DNA of 55,115 bases from assembly GCA_963662265.2 (NCBI GenBank), contig CAXXHA010000018.1, forward strand, positions 1 to 55,115. Direction: 5' to 3'. The notes below the pieces were generated by a model. The model had not been told where the DNA came from, did no database searches, and saw only the letters and a program-made list of their open reading frames with translations. Source of the stretch: Spirochaetia bacterium (lineage in GTDB: Bacteria; Spirochaetota; Spirochaetia; CADAEX01). This document shows, piece after piece, positions 9,154-18,134 of this stretch (position 1 is its first letter; each line of letters starts with the position of its first letter). Made by a program: the position numbers and the translations under genes.

Positions 9154-10161
9154 TTAGTAATCTGCCAGCAGTCTGTCTATAACTTCTTTTGAAAGCCGTT
9201 CTTCAAGCTGAGGCCATGTAACTTTTCTGCAGTGGTCGGCCCATGCTTTAAGTTCCTTGTCATTCATATAGGTAACTTCAATTCCCTTTTCTTCGAGTTT
9301 TTTAGGGAACATCTTGTCATTTTCTTCTGCAACTTTAAGGCTCTCTTTTGAAATTTCCGCTGTTGCTTCCTCTATTATTTTCTGATGTTCAGGTGAAAGA
9401 GATGCCCATACTTCCTTGCTCATAAGGTATGAAGTGTTTTCAAAGAAGTTGTTGTTAATGAGAGCGTATTTAATTACATCGCCGAACTGGAGATAGTTAA
9501 CCATTGCAGGTCCGCCGCTCCATCCGTCTGCAACACCTGTCTGAAGAGCTGTGTAGAGTTCCGCGAAAGGTACGGAAACAGTCTGGAACCCCTGGTCATC
9601 TGCAGTTATTTTAAATACTGCCATTGGAGGCACTCTCAGGAGAATGTTCTTTGAAGATGCCGGATCCTTCATATTGTCGGGTTTTTTTGAAAAACCGAGT
9701 ATTCCGAATCCTTCAACATTGAAACCGAGAAATTTCACATCAAGATTTGAATGGAGTTCTTCCATAATGTCAAACATTGCTGATCCTTTGGCATAGACTT
9801 TTTCTGCTTCAGGATAGTTCATAGCAAGGTAGTGAAGGTAGGTTACATCAAGTCTCTGGTCAAACTGGCTTGGTACTGAGATTGTTGCCATGTCGATTGT
9901 TCCTCTTCTCAGCTCTTCGTATACCTGTGTGTAGTCACCCAGCTGATTGGCGGGATATACCTTGATTTCAATTTCTCCGTTTGATTTTGATTCGACAAGT
10001 TCCTTGAACTTGTACTGAAGTTTGGTTGTTGAGTGGTCAGGCGCATACTGTCCCGCCATTTTTAGAGTTACTTTTTTCCCTCCGTCCTCTTTGCTTCCTC
10101 CGGCAAATACCGGCATGCTGATAAGTGCCAGCACGATCAGGACTGTCAGAATTTTTTTCAT
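9154..10161 (-). CDS. dctP: TRAP transporter substrate-binding protein
   Basis: VYPANQLG, conserved Arg in LRVPP, ELYTALQTGVADG; signal peptide. Confidence 0.93.
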   Translation of the reverse strand: MKKILTVLIVLALISMPVFAGGSKEDGGKKVTLKMAGQYAPDHSTTKLQYKFKELVESKSNGEIEIKVYPANQLGDYTQVYEELRRGTIDMATISVPSQFDQRLDVTYLHYLAMNYPEAEKVYAKGSAMFDIMEELHSNLDVKFLGFNVEGFGILGFSKKPDNMKDPASSKNILLRVPPMAVFKITADDQGFQTVSVPFAELYTALQTGVADGWSGGPAMVNYLQFGDVIKYALINNNFFENTSYLMSKEVWASLSPEHQKIIEEATAEISKESLKVAEENDKMFPKKLEEKGIEVTYMNDKELKAWADHCRKVTWPQLEERLSKEVIDRLLADY

Positions 10162-10194
10162 AGGTTTGCTCCTTTTGAAAATAAATAAAATGAG

Positions 10195-10259
10195 ATGATA
10201 TTCAACTGATATATCAGTTGAATATCATTAATTATCAACCTGAATTTTTCAGCTGTCAA
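10195..10259 (-). promoter_or_regulatory. dctP promoter overlapped by a perfect 34-bp palindromic operator
   Basis: Minus strand TTGACA (10259-10254), 17 bp, GATAAT (10236-10231). Palindrome ATGATATTCAACTGATA|TATCAGTTGAATATCAT at 10195-10228. Confidence 0.75.
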
Positions 10260-10446
10260 GGTATTAATTTTCCGGAATATAGATAAAACTGAATAAAATC
10301 TTTTATTAACGATAACGAAGGATCCAATAATTAAAAATCTGTAATTGATTGAGGCGGCTGTTTTTTTATATTTAATAAGTGAGGTTAAGAAGGGCAGGTA
10401 ATCTGGATTAATAAGGAAATAAGAATCATAATTAGTATATAATGTT

Positions 10447-11424
10447 ATGAGAAAATATAAGAAAATTATTATTCTCGGTTCCGGTTTTTCGAAAGCTGTT
10501 TCTGAAAAAATGCCTGCTATGAAGCAGCTTACCGCGATGCTGAAAAAAGAAACAAATGTGCAGAAATACGGTGCCCTTATTGAGTATGTTGATATTCTGC
10601 GCGACAGGTCAAATGACTGCGATGAACTCACCTCTATTGAAAGCATCTCCAGCCTGATTCTGGGGAAATCTTTTTTTTATAACACATCAGAATCTCTTTA
10701 TTTTGAGTATCTGAAGAATCAGCTTCTGAACTGGCTGTTTGAGTCACTGAACAGGGAAGCTCCTCTGATTGACAGTAACAAGGAGCAGATGACTGCGGAA
10801 TTTGTAAAGTCTGTATCATCTATGCGAAGCAGCGAAGAGCAGAACAATACACTTGTCATGACATTTAATTATGATCTTCTTATTGAAAGGTTAATCAGGG
10901 ATGTTCTTCATGATGAAATATGTACTGATTATATTGTGAAACTCAACAGGTACTCTGATTTATCAGAAGATTCTTCAGATAAATGTGAAAGAAAATTCCG
11001 CTACCTCAAGCTTCATGGATCGTTCAACTGGTTCAGATCTCCCGGCGGGCTGAATTACAACCTGAATAATATCTATCTTGTCAAAGAGAGTGATATGGAG
11101 CGGGAGCTTATTCATCATAATGATATCCCCGTGTTTATTCCCATGATAAGTTCGAAAATCAGCTACAGGCAGGGATCTTTTTATAATGCACTGTGGAACA
11201 TAGCAGAGCGGTATCTTGATCTTTGCGATGAGGTTTCATTCATAGGGTACGGATTTCCTGTAACAGATCTTGATAACCTTAATTTTTTCCTTAAATACAA
11301 GGAAAAGATCCGGGATATTGTGGTTTTTGAAAATCATCCGGCTTTGAGAAAGAGGCTTGAGAAAATTTTTGATTATTCAGAAATAATAAACTGTGATGCC
11401 CTTGAATATATCTGTAATAACTGA
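10447..11424 (+). CDS. SIR2-like (SIR2_2) domain protein, stand-alone
   Basis: IILGSGFS...MP, TFNYDLLIE, YLKLHGSFNW and FIGYGFP.TD motifs. Confidence 0.8.
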   Translation: MRKYKKIIILGSGFSKAVSEKMPAMKQLTAMLKKETNVQKYGALIEYVDILRDRSNDCDELTSIESISSLILGKSFFYNTSESLYFEYLKNQLLNWLFESLNREAPLIDSNKEQMTAEFVKSVSSMRSSEEQNNTLVMTFNYDLLIERLIRDVLHDEICTDYIVKLNRYSDLSEDSSDKCERKFRYLKLHGSFNWFRSPGGLNYNLNNIYLVKESDMERELIHHNDIPVFIPMISSKISYRQGSFYNALWNIAERYLDLCDEVSFIGYGFPVTDLDNLNFFLKYKEKIRDIVVFENHPALRKRLEKIFDYSEIINCDALEYICNN

Positions 11425-11512
11425 GAATAAATCTTCTTCATGTGAAAAAAAGGATTGTATGTCTAAAACATATAACTGAAAAATAATCATACAATCCCTG
11501 CCTCTATAATTA

Positions 11513-12100
11513 TTAAAGCTGTTTTTTTGTTTCTATTCTGTTTATTTTAAAATTATAGGAACTTCCTTTTTTATTATCAGTAATCTCAACTGAAAGAGGG
11601 GTAATTATGTCATTTCTTACCGGAAGCTTTACAATATTCCACCAGTTCCCGTCTCTTCCCTTTATATTCGGAATTCCCTCCCTGCCTTTGTAGGTTAAAA
11701 CAGTTGTTCCCTCTTTTTTAACTGAGCAGCTGTACCATTTTGTGTTTGCATGCATCAACTCCTGTCTTCCTATATGGAGAACAATATAACCGAACTCAGG
11801 TATTCTTTTGTAGGCTTTTTCAAAATCAACAGGGGAGGCATTATTTTTTTCAAGCCTTTTTCTGACTTTCTCTTTTTCCTCTTCATGTGTGAGGTATTTA
11901 ATACCTATATATCCGTAATTATCCCTTATGAATTTCTCCGGTTCAATTGAGTAGGAAATCTCTGTTTTTATTTCCGGCTGTAATTTTTTTACCGGGACTG
12001 CTGCTGTTAAAGCCTGTTTTTCAGTTTGACAGCCTGAAAGTATAATAAAAAGGATCAGCGGAAGCAAAATAAGCAGACTGAAATATTTCCTGATAATCAC
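11513..12100 (-). CDS. Hypothetical lipoprotein
   Basis: Hydrophobic signal peptide with lipobox ILSG-C; 195 aa. Confidence 0.7.
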   Translation of the reverse strand: MIIRKYFSLLILLPLILFIILSGCQTEKQALTAAVPVKKLQPEIKTEISYSIEPEKFIRDNYGYIGIKYLTHEEEKEKVRKRLEKNNASPVDFEKAYKRIPEFGYIVLHIGRQELMHANTKWYSCSVKKEGTTVLTYKGREGIPNIKGRDGNWWNIVKLPVRNDIITPLSVEITDNKKGSSYNFKINRIETKKQL

Positions 12101-12261
12101 AATAGTGCTCCTGAATTACTGAAGTTTAAAGAAAAGACAGGGTTATTCCTGATTTCCGAATATCTGTCTCATACGTATATTAATAATATCGACATCAGGC
12201 GCAGTATTGTGAATCAGAACCTTTAAAAAAGCACTTTATGATATGTGAAAAATCAACAGAT

Positions 12262-13071
12262 TTACTGCATCAGTAAATCTGTTTTAACTATATTGTCTTC
12301 AGAAACAGGCAGCTTGAAGTCATAATTGCCTTTCAGATTGAACACCATGAATTTGGGAGAAGCAGCAGTATTTAAGGCAATATTTTCAACCATATCCTTG
12401 TGTATAAACTGTTTTACCCAGCCGTATGTTCCTGCTTTTGTTGTTTTCTGTTTATCTTCTTTGATGAATATCCATTCATTTTCAAGACCCAGTATCAGGT
12501 ATGATGAGAAGAATTTTGCAAAGAATGGCAGTTGCTTGTCATTCGCTGCAAATGGCTGCTGGTAGAAGAATTTCTGAATCTTGTCATTGCTGCTTATTGT
12601 ATCACCTGTGATATTGAATAGTTTAAGGTTCTGTTTGATCAGGAATTCGAGCTCCCTGCAGTGATAAAAACTTTTTCCATGCTCGATTTTTGAAACAGCT
12701 TTTCGTTCCCTGAAACTTTCCACAAAAGGAACAATATAGTCATTTCTGCAGGAATTGAAATTAATCTGATATGTTCTCTTTGAATGATAGATTTTAAGTA
12801 TTCCTTTCAGCAGTGCCGATGTCCACTCTATTGAAGATATATCATTGAAATCAAGAAAATTGATCAGTCCCTGTTCAGCATATTCGATTCCGCTGCGGCA
12901 GAGTGTAAGCACTTTGTTTTTATCCTTGATAAACTGAAACGGAAGAGGGGGAAACAATATTGAATAATTTTTTCCTGATCCGGCTTCATCTGTTTTGATA
13001 TCTGCAGGTATATCTTCAGGGGTTTTAATTTTGCTGGGCCAGTAGGTCATTGTATCAATAGAGTTTTTCAT
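12262..13071 (-). CDS. Hypothetical protein (possibly tandem bacterial PH-like domains)
   Basis: 269-aa ORF with RBS GAGGAG; two beta-rich halves. The fold assignment is a guess. Confidence 0.65.
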   Translation of the reverse strand: MKNSIDTMTYWPSKIKTPEDIPADIKTDEAGSGKNYSILFPPLPFQFIKDKNKVLTLCRSGIEYAEQGLINFLDFNDISSIEWTSALLKGILKIYHSKRTYQINFNSCRNDYIVPFVESFRERKAVSKIEHGKSFYHCRELEFLIKQNLKLFNITGDTISSNDKIQKFFYQQPFAANDKQLPFFAKFFSSYLILGLENEWIFIKEDKQKTTKAGTYGWVKQFIHKDMVENIALNTAASPKFMVFNLKGNYDFKLPVSEDNIVKTDLLMQ

Positions 13072-13315
13072 TACAGATCTCCTCTGATAATGTCTTTGGC
13101 CCCTCCTGATGACTTTAATTATTAAATCTGAAAAAAGGAGCCTTTATTTAAATTCTATTACCTGCTGTTTCTGCTGTCAAATAATTGAAAATTATATAAC
13201 AGAATAACAATGGATAAAATAAACTGTCAAAAATTGTGTATTGTAAAAAATATCTTGTCATATTCGGCTCAATATCTGATAATTATAACTCAAGACAAGT
13301 ATTCAAGGATTAAAA

Positions 13316-14371
13316 GTGTCAGTTAAAAGGGAAATAATAAAGCCGGGCAAGATTAAAAAAACGGAATTCTTTTCATCTTTCAGCAGCAGGGAACTCTCTG
13401 TCATTGCAGAGAACTGCAGCTTCAGGATGGTTAGAGAGGGGGAGGCTGTATTCCGGGAAGGAGACAGTTCTTCTGAACTGTTTATTGTTGACAGCGGCGA
13501 AATAATAATCAGAAAACAGGACAATGAATTCAATGATATTGATATTGCCAGGTTTCTCAAAGGCGACTGCTTCGGAGAGCTTGATATGCTTACCGGATCG
13601 AAGCGAAAGGAATCAGCACTGGCGGAAAAAGATACATCTCTGATAGTCTTTCCGGGGAAGGGGGTGAAGTTTCAGGACATGCTTACAATGCATCCTCAAG
13701 TTTCTGCCCTGATACTTCATAAATTCCTTGTCCAGATATCCGGGAGAATAAGAAACGCCAACACTCTCGTGAGTGAAAATTCCCCGCTTGTACAGGAGCT
13801 CTCCCGCCAGGTCTACCGCGATAAACTCACCGGGCGGTATAATAAAACCTACTTTGAAGAGAAAATGGAAGAGCTTCTTGCCTCCTCTTCAGGGAAAGCT
13901 GCAGTCATAATGGTTAAACCTGACAATTTCAAGGCTGTAAATGATGCCTACGGCCATGATGCCGGAGACAGGGCGCTGATAATCATGACAAAAGAGCTTC
14001 ACGATTATATGCCTGATAACAATGTTGTTGTCCGGTATATGGGTAATGAGCTTGGTATATATATTCCGGATGCCGGCAGGGAGACTGCTTTTAACGAAGC
14101 TGTCAGGATAAGGGACTTTCTTTCATCTCTTGATCTGAAAAAAGCATGTGAGGGCAATCCCTTTACTCTTTCTGTGAGTCAGGGGATATCTCTTTATCCG
14201 GAGCATACAGAAGATCCTGATACTCTTATTCTTCTTGCCCACAAACTTCCGCTTATAGGGCGTGCAATGGGGGGGAACAAAATACTTTTTCCCGAAGATG
14301 CAGATGACAGTAAAGGGGCCGGAGGATTAATAAAGTCCGGAAAAAATGAGAAGGCTCAGCGAGGGGAATAA
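13316..14371 (+). CDS. cNMP-binding domain + degenerate GGDEF domain protein
   Basis: CNB motifs (VFREGD, FGEL...R); DKLTGRYN, KPDNFKAVNDAYGHDAGD; signature replaced by RYMGNEL. Confidence 0.88.
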   Translation: MSVKREIIKPGKIKKTEFFSSFSSRELSVIAENCSFRMVREGEAVFREGDSSSELFIVDSGEIIIRKQDNEFNDIDIARFLKGDCFGELDMLTGSKRKESALAEKDTSLIVFPGKGVKFQDMLTMHPQVSALILHKFLVQISGRIRNANTLVSENSPLVQELSRQVYRDKLTGRYNKTYFEEKMEELLASSSGKAAVIMVKPDNFKAVNDAYGHDAGDRALIIMTKELHDYMPDNNVVVRYMGNELGIYIPDAGRETAFNEAVRIRDFLSSLDLKKACEGNPFTLSVSQGISLYPEHTEDPDTLILLAHKLPLIGRAMGGNKILFPEDADDSKGAGGLIKSGKNEKAQRGE

Positions 14372-16527
14372 TGAAGGAAAATATTGCTCTTCTCAAGAAA
14401 ATAGATATTTTATCTGAGCTTGAAGATGAAGAAATAAAACAGCTTTATTCGCTTATGAGACAGGTAAATCCTGAAGCAGGAAGAGCTATCTTTAACCAGG
14501 GTGATCCCGGCAACGAGATGTATGTTATCCTGAGCGGATCGATATCAATATCTGTTGAAACATCTGCCGGTGGAATGGTTGAGGTTGCAGTTCTCGGCTC
14601 AGGGCAGTTCCTGGGGGAAATGTCTATTTTCGACAATGCACCCCGTTCTGCAACATGCATAGTGAAAGAAAACGCAGAGCTTCTTTCATTCAGCAAGGAT
14701 GACTTTTTCGACCTGATTCACAATTATCCTGAGACTTCAATAAAAATACTCCACCGCATGCTGAATACGACAATAGAGAGGCTTAACAAGACAGGCAGTT
14801 TTCTTTCAGATATGGTTAAATGGGGGGAAAAAGCGAGAAAGCGTGCTGTTACAGATGAGTTTACATCGCTTTACAACAGGCGTTTCCTTGATGATTCTCT
14901 TGAAGATGTTTTTGCAAAAGCATCACTTACTTCTGAACCACTGTCTCTGGTAATGACAGATCTTGATAATTTTGGAACACTGAATAAGGAATATGGTGAA
15001 TCTGTAGGAGACAGCATAATTCTGGCGGCAGCGGAAATTTTTAAATCAGTTTTCAGGGAAGATGATATTCTTGCAAGGTATGGGGGAGATGAATTCACCT
15101 TTATACTGCCTAATACAGAGGCAGATGCTGCCCTGAAGCTGTGTGAGAAAGCAGCAGGAAGACTGAGGATGATTGATTTACTGAAAAAAAAGAAAGGCAG
15201 CATTAAAAAAGTCACTGCCAGTATCGGTGTTGCCTCATATCCTGATCATGCAGACAGCTGTGAAAAGCTTATGGAAATGGCAGACAAGGCAGTATATACC
15301 GCCAAAGAGTGGGGAAGGGACAAGGTTGTTGTCTACAGCAGCGAAGGGAGGATAAACAAGACAAAGATTGCTACTGTAAGAGAAAAAAATAATATAATAG
15401 AAAGAATAACAGATGTATTTACTGATGGAGACAGCTTTCTTGTACTCGGGCACCGTAATCCGGATGAGGACTGCGCTGCTTCTATTATTGCAGTGTCACT
15501 GCTCCTGAGAAAATTCGGGAAAACAGTTACTGTTTATGTAAAAACAGGATTTCAGAATAAATTCTCCTTTCTTTATAATATCGGCAAGTATAATTCTATA
15601 AAATTCATCGATGCAGATGATGAAGCAGAGGAAAAATACGATTCAGTTATAATTGTGGATACTCCCAAAAAGGCCATGATTGAGATGGGGCCTGTGATTG
15701 GATCATTGTTTGATAACCTCGAAATACCGAAAATTGAATTTGACCACCATCTTGGTGCAGACAGCGGTTATACAGGCGATAAGAACTATTCTCTGGTGGA
15801 TGAAGCCTCTTCCGCATGTGAACTCATCGGGTATTATGCTCTCAAGCTGAATGACCGTAAGGATCTTCTTGAGAAATTCGGAATTGATGATCTTTTTACA
15901 AGGAATTTTGTACTCTCTGTGATTACAGGTATTATAAGTGATTCAAAGATGGGTAAATATCTGAAATCCAACAGGGAGAAATGGTTTTACAGGTATTTCA
16001 GTTCTCTTTTCAACGAACTGTTGTTCGACAAAACAGACTCAGGATCAGGGAATTTTTCCACAATGGAAGATGTATTCAGTGAACTTGAAAAACTTTCGGA
16101 AGAAGAGGATTTATGCTTCCGGTATATTTCCGGAAAAATTAAAAAAACAGAATATTTTCAATATGCTGTTTTGACGGCAGAAGATATGGATTATCTTTAC
16201 AGAAATTTTCCCGATGAGGTAATTGTAACTGTTGCACGTTATTCTGCAGACATACTGGCTGAAAACAGCGGACACCTTAGCCTGTTTGTCTATTTTGATA
16301 ATCCGGACAGATCTGATCTTGTTCAGTTCAGAATCCGCCGAAACAAGGATTACAGGAAGCTTGATCTTAGAATGCTTATCAGTAAATTCAGCATAGAAAA
16401 CGGCGGAGGTCATCCCGGGGCAATCGGGTTTCGAATTGAGAGGGGCATGATAGATGATATCGAGTCATTTTCTGAGGATTTCATTAAAAATACTGAAGAT
16501 GTGATAAGAAAAATTGATAAAAAGTGA
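14371..16527 (+). CDS. cNMP-binding + GGDEF + DHH/DHHA1 phosphoesterase fusion protein
   Basis: CNB motifs (IFNQGD, FLGEMSIFDNAPRSAT); REDD-x5-GGDEF and ADKAVYTAKEWGR; DHH motifs GHRNPDED, VDTP, FDHH, GIISDS; DHHA1 GGGHPGA. Confidence 0.9.
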   Translation: MKENIALLKKIDILSELEDEEIKQLYSLMRQVNPEAGRAIFNQGDPGNEMYVILSGSISISVETSAGGMVEVAVLGSGQFLGEMSIFDNAPRSATCIVKENAELLSFSKDDFFDLIHNYPETSIKILHRMLNTTIERLNKTGSFLSDMVKWGEKARKRAVTDEFTSLYNRRFLDDSLEDVFAKASLTSEPLSLVMTDLDNFGTLNKEYGESVGDSIILAAAEIFKSVFREDDILARYGGDEFTFILPNTEADAALKLCEKAAGRLRMIDLLKKKKGSIKKVTASIGVASYPDHADSCEKLMEMADKAVYTAKEWGRDKVVVYSSEGRINKTKIATVREKNNIIERITDVFTDGDSFLVLGHRNPDEDCAASIIAVSLLLRKFGKTVTVYVKTGFQNKFSFLYNIGKYNSIKFIDADDEAEEKYDSVIIVDTPKKAMIEMGPVIGSLFDNLEIPKIEFDHHLGADSGYTGDKNYSLVDEASSACELIGYYALKLNDRKDLLEKFGIDDLFTRNFVLSVITGIISDSKMGKYLKSNREKWFYRYFSSLFNELLFDKTDSGSGNFSTMEDVFSELEKLSEEEDLCFRYISGKIKKTEYFQYAVLTAEDMDYLYRNFPDEVIVTVARYSADILAENSGHLSLFVYFDNPDRSDLVQFRIRRNKDYRKLDLRMLISKFSIENGGGHPGAIGFRIERGMIDDIESFSEDFIKNTEDVIRKIDKK

Positions 16528-16552
16528 TAATTCTGTATCCGGAGAATTGATT

Positions 16553-17116
16553 ATGGATAAAAAAATGAGATGTGAATGGTGCGGCAATGATCCTGTCTAT
16601 ATAAAATATCATGATGAAGAATGGGGAATCCCTGTTCATGATGACAGGAGACTCTTTGAAATGCTAATTCTTGAGGGGGCACAGGCAGGGCTTTCCTGGA
16701 TAACAATTTTAAAAAGAAGGGAAGGGTACAGAAAGGCATTTGATAATTTCGATGTTGATAAAGTTGCTCTCTATGATGATGCAAAGAGGGAGAAACTCCG
16801 CAGTAACCCTGAAATCATAAGGAACAGGCTGAAGATAAAATCCGCAGTGAATAATGCCCAGGTTTTTATGGATATACAGAAAGAATTCGGCTCTTTTGAC
16901 ACTTATCTCTGGGGTTTTACAGATAACAAACCTGTAAAACATCATTTCAGAGACCTGTCTGAGCTCCCTGCAAATGATGAACTCTCAGATATTATTTCAA
17001 ATGATTTGAAAAAACGGGGAATGTCTTTTGTAGGAACTACTATCATATATGCATATCTTCAGGCGGTTGGTGTGGTCAATGATCATACAAGAAACTGTTT
17101 CATGTATACTGAATAG
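16553..17116 (+). CDS. tag: DNA-3-methyladenine glycosylase I
   Basis: RCEW, YHDEEWG, LEGAQAGLSW, IIRNRLKI and VNDH...C motifs. Confidence 0.95.
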   Translation: MDKKMRCEWCGNDPVYIKYHDEEWGIPVHDDRRLFEMLILEGAQAGLSWITILKRREGYRKAFDNFDVDKVALYDDAKREKLRSNPEIIRNRLKIKSAVNNAQVFMDIQKEFGSFDTYLWGFTDNKPVKHHFRDLSELPANDELSDIISNDLKKRGMSFVGTTIIYAYLQAVGVVNDHTRNCFMYTE

Positions 17117-17326
17117 AATTATAAAAAGCTGATTGAATGGATACAGGGGTGTTATAGGCAGTTTTAAGAATAAGTTTGGTATAGTTATACTGCAGAAACA
17201 GGTTCAGAGTTATGGAACAGATCTAGTTTTTCAGTTTAATGAAGCATAAGCTGCCTGTTCTTCCTGATTAATAAAAAAAACAGGCCTGAGATTTTACCCG
17301 GCCTGCTTCAAACAATAATCTGTTAT

Positions 17327-17375
17327 GGGCACCTCTAAAACCTCGCTTTTGCGAGGTTTTTCCTTAGAGATTCCC
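17327..17375. repeat. Short nested inverted repeat (REP/MITE-like) abutting the ABC ATPase stop codon
   Basis: gggcacctctaa...ttagagattccc outer arms with an inner aacctcgc-tttt-gcgaggtt stem. Confidence 0.45.
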
Positions 17376-18134
17376 TTATATAAACTTGCTTACGAATTCC
17401 CTTATTCTCGGATGCTCAGGGTCGTTTAATACCTCTTCAGGCGTCCCGTCTGCAAGTATTTTCCCCTCATCCATGAAGATAAGCCTGTCAGATATTTCCT
17501 TCGCAAAAGCCATCTCATGTGTAACCACAAGCATAGTCATTCTGTTTTCCGCAAGCTTCTTGAGCGTTGCAAGCACTTCTCCTACAAGTTCAGGATCAAG
17601 CGCGCTTGTCGGTTCATCGCACAGAAGTACATCAGGTTTCATTCCCAGCGCACGGGCAATCGCGACTCTCTGCTTCTGTCCGCCTGAAATGCGGGAAGGG
17701 TATGAGTCTTTCTTATCAGAAAGGCCCACAGTCTCAAGGAGGGAGTGAGCTTTTTTAACAGCATCTTCCTTCTTTTCCCTGTTAACAATTACAGGAGCTT
17801 CTATTATATTTTCAAGCACAGTCTTGTGCGGGAAAAGGTTGAAGTGCTGGAACACCATTCCGAGCTTCTTGTTTAATCTTAAGACCTGTTTCTTGTTTAT
17901 ATGCTCGTGTTTTCCCTTTTCATCTATACTGACAACAGCTTCTCCCTCGATTTCAATTTTACCTGAATCGATTTTTTCCAGCTGGTTGATGCTTCTAAGC
18001 AGTGTGCTTTTCCCGGAACCTGAAGGGCCGATAATTGTCACAACTTCACCTTCATTTACTTCGAGGTTGATATCTGAAAGCGCATTAACAGTCCCGAACT
18101 TCTTGTTTACCCCTGTCATTCGTATCATATTCAT
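17376..18134 (-). CDS. Polar amino acid ABC transporter ATP-binding protein
   Basis: [35 protein letters not shown] and [10 protein letters not shown]. Confidence 0.95.
   Translation of the reverse strand: MNMIRMTGVNKKFGTVNALSDINLEVNEGEVVTIIGPSGSGKSTLLRSINQLEKIDSGKIEIEGEAVVSIDEKGKHEHINKKQVLRLNKKLGMVFQHFNLFPHKTVLENIIEAPVIVNREKKEDAVKKAHSLLETVGLSDKKDSYPSRISGGQKQRVAIARALGMKPDVLLCDEPTSALDPELVGEVLATLKKLAENRMTMLVVTHEMAFAKEISDRLIFMDEGKILADGTPEEVLNDPEHPRIREFVSKFI

Noticed and set aside
13095-13150. Fluoride riboswitch-like 'ctgatgac' hairpin
   Set aside because: The motif is on the wrong strand for the adjacent gene and lacks the 5' GGnGATGG pseudoknot partner.
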